Origin: Nitrospirota bacterium
Lineage (GTDB): Bacteria; Nitrospirota; Leptospirillia; Leptospirillales; Leptospirillaceae
NCBI GenBank assembly: GCA_035873205.1
Contig: JAYWMN010000059.1
Span: 1,726-65,725, forward strand
Direction: 5' to 3'
Length of the DNA: 64,000 nucleotides
In this document: in pieces, positions 1 through 10,315 of the stretch
How the letters are laid out: each line of letters starts with the position of its first letter
Position numbering within the stretch: position 1 is the first letter of the stretch
Made by a program: the position numbers and the translations under genes
The notes under the pieces: model-generated
Told to the model about the DNA's origin: nothing
The model's database searches: none
What the model saw: the letters and a program-made list of their open reading frames with translations, nothing else

Positions 1-929
1 CCCCGGGCGACGCCAACCTGTCGACCCTCCCTGATGCCAAAGGGAATCGCGAAGAGAACCATCAGGAAGGAGGCGGCAGGAAAGGCGATGATTCCGTCTC
101 TCAGGACGGTGAAATTGGTATGGGGCAGTCCGTTGGCTTTCATGAGGTCGATGTAGCGCTGAAGCTCGAAGTAGGTCAGATGGGACAGGTGGGTTTTTCG
201 AATGAAAAAATCGTCGGGTTTCCTGTCGAGAGGGAAGGGAAGGGTGTCGAAGGGAAGGGTGGTCAGGGTTCCGTCCCGGTGGAAAAGGGTCTTGGTTCCC
301 TTCCGGAACACCCATTCACCGTTTTGATAGACCAGCCGGTTTGCCATGATGGACCAGTGGAGTTCCGATTGCCGGTTGCGATGGTAGATGATCACTCCCT
401 TCAGGGTCCGCCCGTAATCTGTGATGCGCTGTATCTTGAATATTTCCTGGTCCCCGTGGCGAAACCATACATTTTTCCGTGTCGAGCCCGACCAGTCCTT
501 GCCCTGGTGTATGCGTTCCTCGGTAATGATGTCGGTCATCTGGTAGGCATGGGGAACAATCCAGATATTGAGGAGGAGCTCGAAGCCCGAGAGAAGAAGG
601 CCGAAGAGGATGATCGGAAAGGTTGCCCGCCTGAGACTGATTCCGGCGGCCTTGATGGCGGTGATTTCATGATTTTTCGAGGCGATACCGAGAGAGAGGA
701 TCGTGGCCAGCAGAGCGGCCATCGGAACGACCCGGAATCCGACTTCGATCGACCGGTAGGCAAAAAACTCCGCCATCAGGGACCATGCCGCATGATGGGC
801 GAGAAAATCCTTGATTTTTTCGACGGAATCGATCACGAGGTAGATGGCTTCAAGGGAGACAAGAGAAAGAAAATATATTTTAAGGTACTCGCCAAGGAGA
901 TGTCGGGTCAGGATCCTGGGTTTGATCAT
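1..929 (-). CDS. lptG: LPS export ABC permease LptG-like (YjgP/YjgQ family); the C-terminus runs off the left edge
   Basis: Absent from the ORF track because it has no stop in the window. My reverse-strand translation from the ATG at 929-927 reads MIKPRILTRHLLGEYLKIYFLSLVSLEAIYLVIDSVEKIKDF...ITAIKAAGISLRRATFPIILFG... with no stop down to position 1. It is paralogous to the adjacent LptF-like ORF and shares an ATGA start/stop overlap with it. Confidence 0.75.
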   Translation of the reverse strand, partial: MIKPRILTRHLLGEYLKIYFLSLVSLEAIYLVIDSVEKIKDFLAHHAAWSLMAEFFAYRSIEVGFRVVPMAALLATILSLGIASKNHEITAIKAAGISLRRATFPIILFGLLLSGFELLLNIWIVPHAYQMTDIITEERIHQGKDWSGSTRKNVWFRHGDQEIFKIQRITDYGRTLKGVIIYHRNRQSELHWSIMANRLVYQNGEWVFRKGTKTLFHRDGTLTTLPFDTLPFPLDRKPDDFFIRKTHLSHLTYFELQRYIDLMKANGLPHTNFTVLRDGIIAFPAASFLMVLFAIPFGIREGRQVGVAR

Positions 930-2056
930 TTTCGCTTCATCCACGACGGAAGCGAAAGGCGCGGCATGTACGAACGGATATCAACTTCCCGAAAGACCAG
1001 AAGGAGAAGAAGAGACATGAGGAGGGCCAGGACGATTTCGGGGGCAGCGGCGGCAGCGAGGGGAGAAACAACGCGTTTCGAGACAAGCAGGTCGTCGATG
1101 GTGTTCATCATGTAGAAAAGAATGACGGTCACCGTGGCGAAGACAAAACCTGCGAGCCTTCCGGACCGCATCGTGTAGATGCCGTAGGGAATTCCGAGAA
1201 AAGCGAAAAAAAAGCAGGAGAAGGGATAGGTGTAGTTCTTGTACTGGTCCTCCAGAGCCCGGTACAGGGCGGGATCGGGATGGGGAGACCGCCGGATCTC
1301 CCGGCGGAGTTCTGCAATGGATTTGACCCGGGTCCGGCCATCGGAAGAATGGCTTCCAAGAATGGTCAGGTCATAGGATTCGAAACGGATGTACTGAAGG
1401 GCTTTTCCTTGCTGGAAAAAGGTGCCATTGGTCAGCTTGAGGCGAAGGCCCGGAGGATTCTGTTCGTTCAGGAGGTCTCCCGACTTCGAGAAGATGACCG
1501 TGTTTTCCTGGGGGGTTTTTCCCGACTGATAGATGAAGACGCCATCGAGATGGGAGAGAGTCGGCATCTTTTCCACATAGATGACGAAGCGGCCCATGAA
1601 GTTGTTGAAGGCCTGCGGCTTGATCCCGAGAGAGAGTTTCTTCTGGAAGACCTGGACGAGCAAATCCTGGAGGGACATCCCTTGCGTTTCCAGGGCTTTG
1701 AGTGACAGGTAGAAATTGCTTCCGAATCCGATCGCCGCAAAGACGAGAAGAGGAATCATGAGCTTCGAAAGCGAGATTCCGGAGGCCTTGAGGGCGATGA
1801 TTTCTCCGTCAGAGGCCAGGCGATGGAAGGTGGCGGTCGAGGCCGTCAGGACGGAAACGGGAATGATCATGCTCAGAAACTGGGGGAAAATCATCGACAG
1901 GAGCCGGAATACCGTCTCGAGGGAGAGTCCCTTGTTGACAAGGAGATTCATGATCATCAGCGCCTGCTGGGTCAGGAGAAGGATCACCAGGACGAACAGG
2001 CTCAGGAAGAACGGTGTCAGGAGCTCCATAAAAAGATACCGGTGGATGATTTTCAT
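926..2056 (-). CDS. lptF: LPS export ABC permease, LptF/LptG (YjgP/YjgQ) family
   Basis: 376-aa ORF starting MKIIHRYLFMELLTPFFLSLFVLVILLL. It has a multi-TM profile with a central soluble stretch and the motif IIALKASGISL shared with its neighbour. It is the first gene of a translationally coupled pair. Confidence 0.8.
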   Translation of the reverse strand: MKIIHRYLFMELLTPFFLSLFVLVILLLTQQALMIMNLLVNKGLSLETVFRLLSMIFPQFLSMIIPVSVLTASTATFHRLASDGEIIALKASGISLSKLMIPLLVFAAIGFGSNFYLSLKALETQGMSLQDLLVQVFQKKLSLGIKPQAFNNFMGRFVIYVEKMPTLSHLDGVFIYQSGKTPQENTVIFSKSGDLLNEQNPPGLRLKLTNGTFFQQGKALQYIRFESYDLTILGSHSSDGRTRVKSIAELRREIRRSPHPDPALYRALEDQYKNYTYPFSCFFFAFLGIPYGIYTMRSGRLAGFVFATVTVILFYMMNTIDDLLVSKRVVSPLAAAAAPEIVLALLMSLLLLLVFREVDIRSYMPRLSLPSWMKRK

Positions 2057-2338
2057 CGGGGCCCCCGAGGTCAGCGGAATGGGGTGGACTCAAGCCGTGC
2101 ATTTTACCATAAACGTATCCGGAATGCGGCAGAATCCGGGAATTCCGACCTGAAAGAGATTCCGGCAGAAAAATTATGTGATAGGATTGAAAAGATATTG
2201 TGTCGGCCCTTCCCAGTGTTCGGGAAGAGTCATCACCGGGAATGGCGGTTCAAGGGCCGGAACACATCCGGGACCATGACCGGGGAGGGATCAGGGTGTT
2301 TCCCCTCCCGGAATTTCTTCCATCATTTGGAGTCGACT

Positions 2339-3343
2339 ATGAAAGCTGTTCAGGCCGTTTCTCCGGGCCAGCCCTTCAAGCGCACGACCCTTCCGGACCC
2401 CCACCCGGGAGCCGGAGAGGTCCGGATCCGCATCAAGGCCTGCGGGATCTGCCATAGCGATATGTTTGTCCGGAATGGCCTTTTTCCGGGAATTGCCTAT
2501 CCCCGTATTCCCGGACATGAAGTGGTCGGCAAGATCGATGAGGTCGGACGGGGCGTTCAAGATTTCAAGTCGGGAGACCTCGTTGGCGTGGGATGGCATG
2601 GAGGGCACTGCTTCACGTGTCCGGCGTGCCGCTCCGGCGATTTCCTCTTGTGCTCCAGGGGCCTCATTACCGGTATCTCGATGGACGGAGGATACGCCGA
2701 ATTCATGGTGGCTCGGGAACAGGCCCTCGCACGTGTTCCCGATGGCATGGACCCGGCCATGGCCGCCCCCCTTCTCTGTGCGGGGGTGACCACCTACAAC
2801 GCGCTCCGACATGCAGGCGCCCGGCCGGGGGACCTTGTCGGGATTCTCGGTGTGGGAGGACTCGGCCACCTGGGAATCCAGTTCTCCCATAAAATGGGTT
2901 ACCGGACCGTGGCCCTTTCCAGCGGTCCGGAAAAAGAGGAACTTTCGAAGTCTCTCGGGGCGGATCACTATATCGACATGAAATCCGGAGATCCGGTAGA
3001 CACCCTCAGGAAAATGGGCGGGGCCCGGATCATCCTGGCGACCGCTCCGAACAGTTCCGTCATCAGCCGTCTTGTGGACGGCCTTGGATCAAACGGGACC
3101 ATGATTCTTCTGGGAGTTGACAATGAACCGCTCACGGTCTCACCGCTCCAGCTGATCGGGGGTCGGAAATCCTTGAAGGGGTGGCCATCCGGCCATGCCA
3201 TGGATTCCGAAGAAACGCTGAATTTTGCAAATCTTGCCGGGATTCACGCGATGGTCGAACGGTTTCCGCTCGATGAAGCGGAAGAAGCCTATCATGTGAT
3301 GATCCAGAACAGGGCCCGCTTCAGGGTGGTCCTGACTCTCTGA
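2339..3343 (+). CDS. zinc-dependent alcohol dehydrogenase family oxidoreductase
   Basis: Motifs GICHSD, GHEVVGKI, the structural-Zn Cys cluster CFTCPACRSGDFLLC and the Rossmann motif GVGGLGHLG. ORF-track entry 1823..3343 was trimmed to the in-frame MKAVQAV start at 2339, which is preceded by TTGGAG. Confidence 0.85.
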   Translation: MKAVQAVSPGQPFKRTTLPDPHPGAGEVRIRIKACGICHSDMFVRNGLFPGIAYPRIPGHEVVGKIDEVGRGVQDFKSGDLVGVGWHGGHCFTCPACRSGDFLLCSRGLITGISMDGGYAEFMVAREQALARVPDGMDPAMAAPLLCAGVTTYNALRHAGARPGDLVGILGVGGLGHLGIQFSHKMGYRTVALSSGPEKEELSKSLGADHYIDMKSGDPVDTLRKMGGARIILATAPNSSVISRLVDGLGSNGTMILLGVDNEPLTVSPLQLIGGRKSLKGWPSGHAMDSEETLNFANLAGIHAMVERFPLDEAEEAYHVMIQNRARFRVVLTL

Positions 3344-3485
3344 AAAAAATCGGAGACAGGCGCATTCACGACTTTTTTGCCGCCTTGACGCCGGAAATGA
3401 ACTCTGAACTCCGGTTGTTGTAAAATCCGGGGCCAGCCGGTGAGGAGGATGCCGGGATCAGGAATCCGGCCGGCTTGTTCGTTCA

Positions 3486-4085
3486 ATGATGAGGGAGACG
3501 AGGAACTTGGCCCATCTATTCGACCCAAAACAGGTAGGGAAACTGCACGATCCGGAACGGATGTCATTCCAGAATCCGGAAAGACTGTTTCCGCTGATCC
3601 GGAACTACAAGCATGGGGACTGTGCTGAGATCGGGTGCGGGTCGGGATATTTCACCTTTCCTATGGCCAACCACCTTGCGGGAAGAGGGACTTGTTATGC
3701 GATTGATCTTCAGCAGGAAATGCTGGCGCTTCTTGATGGGGCGATTCATGAGAAGGCGCCCGACGCACAAATCCGGACGATGCTCTGCACCGCAGGACAT
3801 CTCGATCTTCCGGACCAGTCTCTGGAGCTTCTCTGGATGGTCAATGTATTTCACGAACTTTCCGATTCCCGGGCCATGATCGGTGAAGTTCTGAGAACCC
3901 TTGCCTCCTCGGGACAGTGTTTTGTCATCGACTGGAAAAAAGAAGAAACCCCGCAAGGTCCGCCGGTTTCCGAGCGTGTGTCCGAGGTCATTCTCTATGA
4001 CCACCTGATCGAAGCCGGGTTTTCCAGGATCCGCTCCCATGACCTTTATCCCTGGCATTATGTGGTGGAAGCGCTCCGGGATTGA
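3486..4085 (+). CDS. class I SAM-dependent methyltransferase
   Basis: 199-aa ORF with SAM-binding motif I AEIGCGSGYFTFP and downstream ...LELLWMVNVFHEL, typical of Methyltransf_11/25-type enzymes. Confidence 0.75.
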   Translation: MMRETRNLAHLFDPKQVGKLHDPERMSFQNPERLFPLIRNYKHGDCAEIGCGSGYFTFPMANHLAGRGTCYAIDLQQEMLALLDGAIHEKAPDAQIRTMLCTAGHLDLPDQSLELLWMVNVFHELSDSRAMIGEVLRTLASSGQCFVIDWKKEETPQGPPVSERVSEVILYDHLIEAGFSRIRSHDLYPWHYVVEALRD

Positions 4086-4456
4086 ACGAATCGATGAATC
4101 ACGGATCTTCTCACCCCCCCTCTCCCAGAAGTGGCCGGGATCAGCTGTTCGGGATTCCCTGGCTTGCCCGGGCCATCGACAAGGGTCGAATGGCCCTTTC
4201 CGGATCCCTGGGAGATTATGTTTTTCCTTGTCCGGTCGACCTTGAGGTTCTGTCTTTCCTGTCTCTCTCGGAAGAGGAGTTTTACCGAATGCTGGAAGAC
4301 CATCCCGAAGAAGAGGGCCTTCTTCGGGCCCTCGAAGGGATAGCGGCACGGCTTGGACCTCGGGAACGGATGTGGTGTGACGTCTTTCAGGTCCGATATT
4401 GCCGTCTGATGGACGCGCAGGACCGGGAAGAAGGACGCACGAACGAAGTGAAGTAA
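4082..4456 (+). CDS. DUF5069-like small protein
   Basis: 124-aa ORF. The stretch GIPWLARAIDKGRMALSGSLGDYVFPCPVDLEVLSFLSL resembles my recollection of the DUF5069 pattern (L-R-DK-R ... G-Y-Y-CP-D). A TTG start overlaps the upstream stop; an alternative ATG lies at 4094. Confidence 0.5.
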   Translation: MNESMNHGSSHPPSPRSGRDQLFGIPWLARAIDKGRMALSGSLGDYVFPCPVDLEVLSFLSLSEEEFYRMLEDHPEEEGLLRALEGIAARLGPRERMWCDVFQVRYCRLMDAQDREEGRTNEVK

Positions 4457-4469
4457 AAGAACAGGAGCG

Positions 4470-5846
4470 ATGACATTGTCTGAAAATCAAGCATGGGATA
4501 TTGACACACAAAGCAGCAATCCGGCGACCTACTACATCAAGACCTTCGGTTGCCAGATGAATGTGCACGACTCGGAACGCATGGCTGGCCTGATGAGCGA
4601 GGCGGGATACACGCCGGTTTCCGACCCTTCCTCGGCCTCCGTCATTCTGGTCAATACCTGCACCGTCCGGGACAAAGCCGACCAGAAGGCCCTTTCCGAT
4701 CTTGGTCGTCTGAGACTGCTGAAAAAGGACAACCCCGACACGATTCTCGCGGTCACAGGCTGCATGGCCGAACGGGAACAGGGAAACCTCCATCGACTCA
4801 TGCCCGAAATCGACCTGATCGCCGGGCCTTCCCAGGTCCGGAATCTGTTGCCGATGCTTTCCGATGTCCGAACTCAGAAAAAGGTGCTTCTCGGGCGGGA
4901 ATACAGCCTTCCGGAAATGACGACTCCCCCGGCCATCCGTCCCGCCGGAATCTCCGCCCTGGTCACTGTCCAGGAAGGATGCGACAAGTCCTGTGCCTAT
5001 TGCGTCGTCCCCATGACCCGGGGAGGGGAGCGGAGCCGCTCAATTTCTTCCATTGTGGAAGAAATTTCCAGACTGGTGGAGGAGGGGTATCGGGAAGTCA
5101 CCCTTCTTGGCCAGAATGTGAACGGATTCGGAAAAGGTCGGGAGTCCCGGGGCAATGAATCCTTCGGAGATCTCCTGAGGGCGGTCAACGGGATCGACGG
5201 GTTGCTTCGCGTCCGTTTCACCACCTCCCACCCTTCCGATATGAGCGATGACATGATCGATGCCATGGTTCATTCAAAGAAGGTCATGCCCCATTTTCAC
5301 CTGCCGATCCAGTCCGGGTCCGATGAGGTCCTTGCGCGTATGCAGAGGGGGTATACCGTTTCGCAATACCGATCCTGGGCTTTGAGGCTCAGGAATTCCC
5401 TTTCAGAGATCGCCCTGACGACCGACCTGATTGTTGGTTTCTGCGGGGAAACGGAAGAGGAGTTTTCCAAAACTCTTGACGCGGTGGATGAGTTCCAGTT
5501 TGACGGGGCGTTCTGCTTCATCTATTCTCCACGGCCCGGCACGCCGGCCCATGATTGGGGGGATGTGCCCTCCCGGGAGGAGTCCGTTTCCCGCTTTCAG
5601 AGGCTTGAGGAACGGCTCGATGCAATGATTCTTTCAAAGAATCGGACACGGATCGGGCAGGTGGAGGAGGTGCTTGTGGAGCGGGCCGATTTCGAAAAGG
5701 GCCGGATCGGTGGGCGCTCTCCGCATTTTCGTCATGTGCGGAGCCTTTCGTCGGATAGAAAAAACCTTCCCCAACCGGGGGAGATCGTCTCTGTCAGGAT
5801 CGAATCCTGCACCAAGGCCGGACTTGAGGGACGCCTGCTCGACTAG
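4470..5846 (+). CDS. miaB: tRNA-2-methylthio-N6-dimethylallyladenosine synthase
   Basis: 458 aa. It has the N-terminal MTTase motif YYIKTFGCQMNVHDSE, the radical-SAM cluster motif CDKSCAYCVVP (CxxxCxxC) and a TRAM-like C-terminus. Confidence 0.92.
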   Translation: MTLSENQAWDIDTQSSNPATYYIKTFGCQMNVHDSERMAGLMSEAGYTPVSDPSSASVILVNTCTVRDKADQKALSDLGRLRLLKKDNPDTILAVTGCMAEREQGNLHRLMPEIDLIAGPSQVRNLLPMLSDVRTQKKVLLGREYSLPEMTTPPAIRPAGISALVTVQEGCDKSCAYCVVPMTRGGERSRSISSIVEEISRLVEEGYREVTLLGQNVNGFGKGRESRGNESFGDLLRAVNGIDGLLRVRFTTSHPSDMSDDMIDAMVHSKKVMPHFHLPIQSGSDEVLARMQRGYTVSQYRSWALRLRNSLSEIALTTDLIVGFCGETEEEFSKTLDAVDEFQFDGAFCFIYSPRPGTPAHDWGDVPSREESVSRFQRLEERLDAMILSKNRTRIGQVEEVLVERADFEKGRIGGRSPHFRHVRSLSSDRKNLPQPGEIVSVRIESCTKAGLEGRLLD

Positions 5847-6439
5847 TCGAAGAACGCCCCGAGGTGATCGGGGGCCCCGTCGATCTCGAAGATTGTTGCC
5901 GCGGGAGGACTCTCCCTCAGGGGCTTCCAGACCGAGAGGATGATGAGCCTGTCGCCCAGGCTCAAGGGAAGCCTGGGACCGATTTCCACAGACAGGTTTC
6001 CCCGGAAGGCGGCCAAGGGAACTGTGCCGTCGGACGCGGCCGTTTTTCTAAGATCGTTGAGGGACAGGCCGAGGTAGGGGGAGTCTTCCGAAACAAGCAG
6101 AATCTGCGTCCTGACGATACGGCGTGCAAGGTCCTCCTCCAGATGGGCCAGAACCCCCGACAGCTCACGGTCTTCAAGGTATTCGAGCCACTCTCTCAGT
6201 TTCGTCTCGAGTGTCTCGATCTCTCGGATTTTTGCAACCTGTCCCGTCAGATGGGGATTGGGGGTGCCGGTGTTGGGCCAGAAGGACTCGTTTTCTGGTT
6301 CGGCGACGGTATGGCCCAGGCGGACGAAAAGATCTTCCTTCTGGCGCTGGACACGTTTCAGACGGAACCATATCCGGAACCATTCGATCCGGGGAAGGAC
6401 GACTCCCCGGATGCGGACAAGGGTTTCCTCGATCATCAT
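5843..6439 (-). CDS. TrkA-C (RCK C-terminal) domain-containing protein
   Basis: The C-terminal segment ILLVSEDSPYLGLSLNDLRK...LSLGDRLIILSV fits the TrkA-C fold pattern. The start was moved to MMIEETL (6439) from the ORF-track start at 6529. The opposite-strand ORF 5864..6592 has no recognisable motifs. Confidence 0.5.
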   Translation of the reverse strand: MMIEETLVRIRGVVLPRIEWFRIWFRLKRVQRQKEDLFVRLGHTVAEPENESFWPNTGTPNPHLTGQVAKIREIETLETKLREWLEYLEDRELSGVLAHLEEDLARRIVRTQILLVSEDSPYLGLSLNDLRKTAASDGTVPLAAFRGNLSVEIGPRLPLSLGDRLIILSVWKPLRESPPAATIFEIDGAPDHLGAFFD

Positions 6440-6588
6440 CCAGGCGTTGCGGATGGGCGGTGTGAGGGGGTTTTTTCCCCTGGCCGGAGGGAAGGAAGAA
6501 GCACTCAAGTCAGAAGTCCTTCCGTGCATGGGACCAGAAGGGACTCCCCGAAACGGGAAACCACAGGGGCCTGCATTTGCCGCCTGAT

Positions 6589-8067
6589 TTAGGGAAGCAG
6601 CGGCTGTTTGTCAAAGAGTCCATGCTGGATCCGCTCCTCTTGGGTGAAGGCGATCGGATAATTTCCGTCAAAGCAGGCCTTGCAGTAGGTTCCTTTTTCA
6701 GAAGACTCCCCTTTTAGATGGGTCTGGCTTTTTCGAATCTCCTCTTCCATCGCTTCGACGGACAGATAGGCCAGGGAGTCGGCCTTCAGATAACGACGGA
6801 TTTCGTCGAGCGTGTGGGAGGAGGCAATCAGTTCTCCCCGATTGGGGGTGTCGATTCCGTAAAAACAGGGAAAGTTGATCGGGGCCGAGGTGATGCGCAT
6901 ATGGACCTCGCTGGCTCCGGCTTCCCGAAGCATGGAAACGATTTTTCGGCTGGTCGTTCCCCGGACGATGGAATCGTCGATGACCACGACCCTTTTTCCT
7001 TTGAGGAGATCCGGAACGGCATTGAGTTTGATCTTGACTCCGAAGTGACGGATCGACTGCTGGGGTTCGATGAAGGTTCTTCCCACATAGTGGTTCCTGA
7101 TGAGTCCCATGTCGATGGGAATGCCGGACTGCTCGGAGTAGCCCAGAGCCGGGGCCAGACCCGAATCGGGAACGGGAATGACGAGATCGGCTTCAACGCC
7201 GGAATCGATCGCCAGTCTCTTTCCCAGCTCCTTTCTCGCCTGGTAGACGGGAATGCCGAAGACCCGGCTGTCGGGGCGGGAAAAATAGATGAGTTCGAAG
7301 ATGCAGGCGGCGCTGGGGACGCGGGGGAACAGCCGGAAATGCTCCATGCCCGATGAGGTGATGATCACCATTTCCCCTGGCTCGACATCCCGAATGTAGG
7401 TCGCACCGATCAGATCGAAGGCGCAGGTTTCGGAGGCCAGGACATAGGAATCTCCCACCTTGCCGATGGACAGGGGGCGAAAGCCCAGAGGATCCCGGAT
7501 GCCGATAAGGGCATGGGGCAGAAGAGCCAGCAGGGAGTAGGATCCCTTGACCGCCCCCAGCGCGTACTCCATCTTGGAGACCAGATCCTCTCCCCGGCTT
7601 CGGGCGATCATGTGGACGAGAACTTCGGTATCGACATCGGTCGTAAAGAGCGCCCCCTCATCTTCGAGCTTTTTCCTGAGTTCCAGGGCGTTTGTAAGGT
7701 TTCCGTTGTGGACGAGGGCCATGGACGCATTGCTGAAATAGGCCGACAGGGGCTGAAGGTTCCGGAAGGAGTCGGACCCGGCCGTTGAGTAGCGATTATG
7801 CCCGATGGCCGAATTTCCTTTCAGATCGCCGATGATCGATTCCCGGAAAAACTCGGAAACCAGCCCTTCTCCCTTGCGGATGATCATCTTTCCGTCATCC
7901 ATGGATGCGATGCCGCATCCTTCCTGTCCTCTGTGCTGGAGAGAATATAGTCCGAGGTAGGTCATGTTGGCGGCTTCAGGATGGTTGAAAATTCCGAAAA
8001 CGGCGCATTTTTCTTTAAGACCGTCGAAGGGAGTTTCCGAAAGAGTCGATCCGTCTGGAACATTCAT
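6589..8067 (-). CDS. purF: amidophosphoribosyltransferase
   Basis: 492 aa. It has the Ntn nucleophile context KCAVFGIF, the stretch LQHRGQEGCGIA and the PRTase motif RVVVIDDSIVRGTT. Confidence 0.93.
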   Translation of the reverse strand: MNVPDGSTLSETPFDGLKEKCAVFGIFNHPEAANMTYLGLYSLQHRGQEGCGIASMDDGKMIIRKGEGLVSEFFRESIIGDLKGNSAIGHNRYSTAGSDSFRNLQPLSAYFSNASMALVHNGNLTNALELRKKLEDEGALFTTDVDTEVLVHMIARSRGEDLVSKMEYALGAVKGSYSLLALLPHALIGIRDPLGFRPLSIGKVGDSYVLASETCAFDLIGATYIRDVEPGEMVIITSSGMEHFRLFPRVPSAACIFELIYFSRPDSRVFGIPVYQARKELGKRLAIDSGVEADLVIPVPDSGLAPALGYSEQSGIPIDMGLIRNHYVGRTFIEPQQSIRHFGVKIKLNAVPDLLKGKRVVVIDDSIVRGTTSRKIVSMLREAGASEVHMRITSAPINFPCFYGIDTPNRGELIASSHTLDEIRRYLKADSLAYLSVEAMEEEIRKSQTHLKGESSEKGTYCKACFDGNYPIAFTQEERIQHGLFDKQPLLP

Positions 8068-10292
8068 CAGGAGAATTCCTCCATCTGATTGGAAAGAGAT
8101 GTGGCGAAGCGTCTTTTGAGCAGACTCAGCTGGTCGGAAAGAACCTTTGTCCGGTGATCCCGGTCCTTGTAGCGGATGGTCCAGGAGGAATGGGCCGTCG
8201 TACCGATTCGGAGCCAGGGAATTCCGAATTCCAGGGCCATCCGTTCAATAATTGGTTCGTGCTCGGGAAAATAGGCAAGAACGATACGGCCGGGCGATTC
8301 GGAAAAAAATGTCTGGAGGGGATTTTCCAGATCCGGGAAGGAGAGGGCGACTCCCAGCGAATCGCTCCCCGAAACAATCTGGAGGAGGGAACGCAGAAGG
8401 CCTCCTCTTCCGACCGAACGGGTGGCCACAAGCCTTCGGTCGAAGGCGAGCGCGCTCATGAATGGCTGCAGGCGTTCAAGGGTATTCCAGTCAACGTCCG
8501 GAACCGGCTCCGATGACTCCGGGAGCGCCAGGATCCAGTCGAGATAGGAGCCTCCAAGGGCGAGATCCCTGGATGATCCGACGAGAGCCAGTGTGAGTCC
8601 CGAAAGATCCGTACGGCCCGGGACCAGTGTCCGTTTGTCGGCAAGGACCCCGCAGGTGGCAAGGATCGGGGTTGGTGGAATCGAGAGGCCATCCGTCTCG
8701 TTGTAAAAGCTCACGTTTCCGGAGACCACGGGAATCTGAAGCCTTTTGCACGCCTTGGCAATTCCATTGACGGCCAGGACAAAATCCGACATGGTGGCCG
8801 GTCGTTCGGGATTGCCGAAATTGAGGCAGTCGGTGAGTCCGACCGGATAGGCGCCGATCGCTGCGAGGTCCGAGACACATTTTGCAACGAGCAGCATGGC
8901 TCCCTTTTCGGGGTCTTTCGAAAGGGGATGGGAGGTTCCGGCCATCGCAATGGCGACCGCGTGGTCGTCTTCCTTGAGGTCGACGACGGCGACATCGTGG
9001 CCCGGCGGAAGAATCGTCCTCGTTCCGACCTCAAAGTCGAACTGGCGCGAGATCCACTCGGTCGAAGCCCCGTTGGGGTGCTCGAGCAACAGGTGGAAAA
9101 GTTCGGTGATGGAATGGCTTCCGGCCAGAGAAGGGGCGTTGGAGCCTGAAGAACGAAAAGAGCCTCGCTCTTCCGTCGGCCGTTCGTAAAGGGGCGCCTC
9201 ATCGGTCAGATAGGCCACGGGAATTTCAGCATAATGTTCCGGGCCTTTCCTGACCCTGAAGACCGGTTCGGGAATGGTGTTTCCGATGATGCCTGCGGCG
9301 ACCTGATGCTCATCGGCGATCGCGAGAATTTTGTCGACATGACGTTCCTCCACAAGAAGGAGCATCCTTTCCTGCGATTCGGAAAGAAGAATTTCCCACG
9401 GTTCCATGGTGAAATCCCGGAGGGGAACCCGGGCCACATCGATCTCGATTCCCATGCCGGCCTTGGAGGCCATTTCCACCGAGGAGCTGGTCAGTCCGGC
9501 GGCTCCCATATCCTGAATGGCCGCGGAAAGTTTTTCACGGATGATCAGGAGGGTAGCTTCCATCACCTTCTTTCCCACAAAGGGATCGGCGACCTGGACC
9601 TGCGGTCTCAGGTCCGAGTCTTCTCCGGAAAAGCTGCGGGAGGCCATGGCGGCGCCAGAAACGCCGTCCCGGCCGGTCTTGTTGCCGACATAGACGGCGA
9701 CAAGGTTTTTTTTCGGAGGAATGGCACTCATGATCCCGTCTTCGGCCACGAGACCCAGAGCGAAGGCGTTGACCAGAATGTTTTTGGAATAACGCTCGTC
9801 GAACCAGACCTCCCCTCCGATTGTCGGAACCCCTATGGAGTTCCCGTAGGCGGAGATACCGGCCACGACCCGTCTGAAGAGGGTTAGCTGGCGGGGCTGC
9901 CGGAGAGAGCCAAAAACCAGGCTGTTGGTCAGGGCGACCGGTCGGGCACCCATGGCGAAGATATCTCGCAGGATGCCTCCGACTCCCGTGGCCGCTCCCT
10001 GAAAAGGTTCGATGTAACTCGGATGGTTATGGCTTTCCATCTTGAAGGCGATGCCCGTTTTTTCCGTGACACGGACGACACCGGCATTTTCTCCCGGTCC
10101 CATGAGAACTCTCGGCCCTTTTGAAGAGAAATTCCTTAAATGGACCCGGCTCGACTTGTAGCTGCAGTGTTCGCTCCACAAGGCAGAAAAGACCGCTTCC
10201 TCGGTTATGTTCGGTTCGCGGCCGAGCAGTGTCCGTATGCGCTCCATCTCATGCGCCGGAATCTTGAATCGGGAGATTGGCTGATCAGTCAT
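8067..10292 (-). CDS. purL: phosphoribosylformylglycinamidine synthase subunit II
   Basis: 741 aa with ESHNHPSYIEPFQGAATGVGG and a duplicated AIR-synthase-like fold. It sits between purQ and purF. Confidence 0.93.
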   Translation of the reverse strand: MTDQPISRFKIPAHEMERIRTLLGREPNITEEAVFSALWSEHCSYKSSRVHLRNFSSKGPRVLMGPGENAGVVRVTEKTGIAFKMESHNHPSYIEPFQGAATGVGGILRDIFAMGARPVALTNSLVFGSLRQPRQLTLFRRVVAGISAYGNSIGVPTIGGEVWFDERYSKNILVNAFALGLVAEDGIMSAIPPKKNLVAVYVGNKTGRDGVSGAAMASRSFSGEDSDLRPQVQVADPFVGKKVMEATLLIIREKLSAAIQDMGAAGLTSSSVEMASKAGMGIEIDVARVPLRDFTMEPWEILLSESQERMLLLVEERHVDKILAIADEHQVAAGIIGNTIPEPVFRVRKGPEHYAEIPVAYLTDEAPLYERPTEERGSFRSSGSNAPSLAGSHSITELFHLLLEHPNGASTEWISRQFDFEVGTRTILPPGHDVAVVDLKEDDHAVAIAMAGTSHPLSKDPEKGAMLLVAKCVSDLAAIGAYPVGLTDCLNFGNPERPATMSDFVLAVNGIAKACKRLQIPVVSGNVSFYNETDGLSIPPTPILATCGVLADKRTLVPGRTDLSGLTLALVGSSRDLALGGSYLDWILALPESSEPVPDVDWNTLERLQPFMSALAFDRRLVATRSVGRGGLLRSLLQIVSGSDSLGVALSFPDLENPLQTFFSESPGRIVLAYFPEHEPIIERMALEFGIPWLRIGTTAHSSWTIRYKDRDHRTKVLSDQLSLLKRRFATSLSNQMEEFS

Positions 10293-10315
10293 TCGCTCTC
10301 TTCAGGGAATAGAAT

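Noticed and set aside
120-1115. 331-aa plus-strand ORF in the supplied track
   Set aside because: It lies antisense to the uninterrupted LptG-like frame. It has an odd composition, including an RRRRDMRRART run, and no motifs. It is a typical shadow ORF of GC-rich coding DNA.
1823-2338. 172-codon N-terminal extension of the alcohol dehydrogenase ORF
   Set aside because: The extension overlaps lptF on the opposite strand and is rich in Arg, Gly and His. The ADH homology begins at MKAVQAV (2339), which has its own GGAG.
3564-4793. 409-aa minus-strand ORF spanning three plus-strand genes
   Set aside because: It is antisense to the methyltransferase, DUF5069 and miaB genes, all of which carry recognisable motifs. 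Its own sequence is rich in Arg, Gly and Pro and carries no motif.
5843-5846. miaB and the convergent TrkA-C gene share overlapping stop codons in a CTAG palindrome
   Set aside because: This is a real feature, but it is a trivial consequence of convergent packing and no functional implication can be supported.
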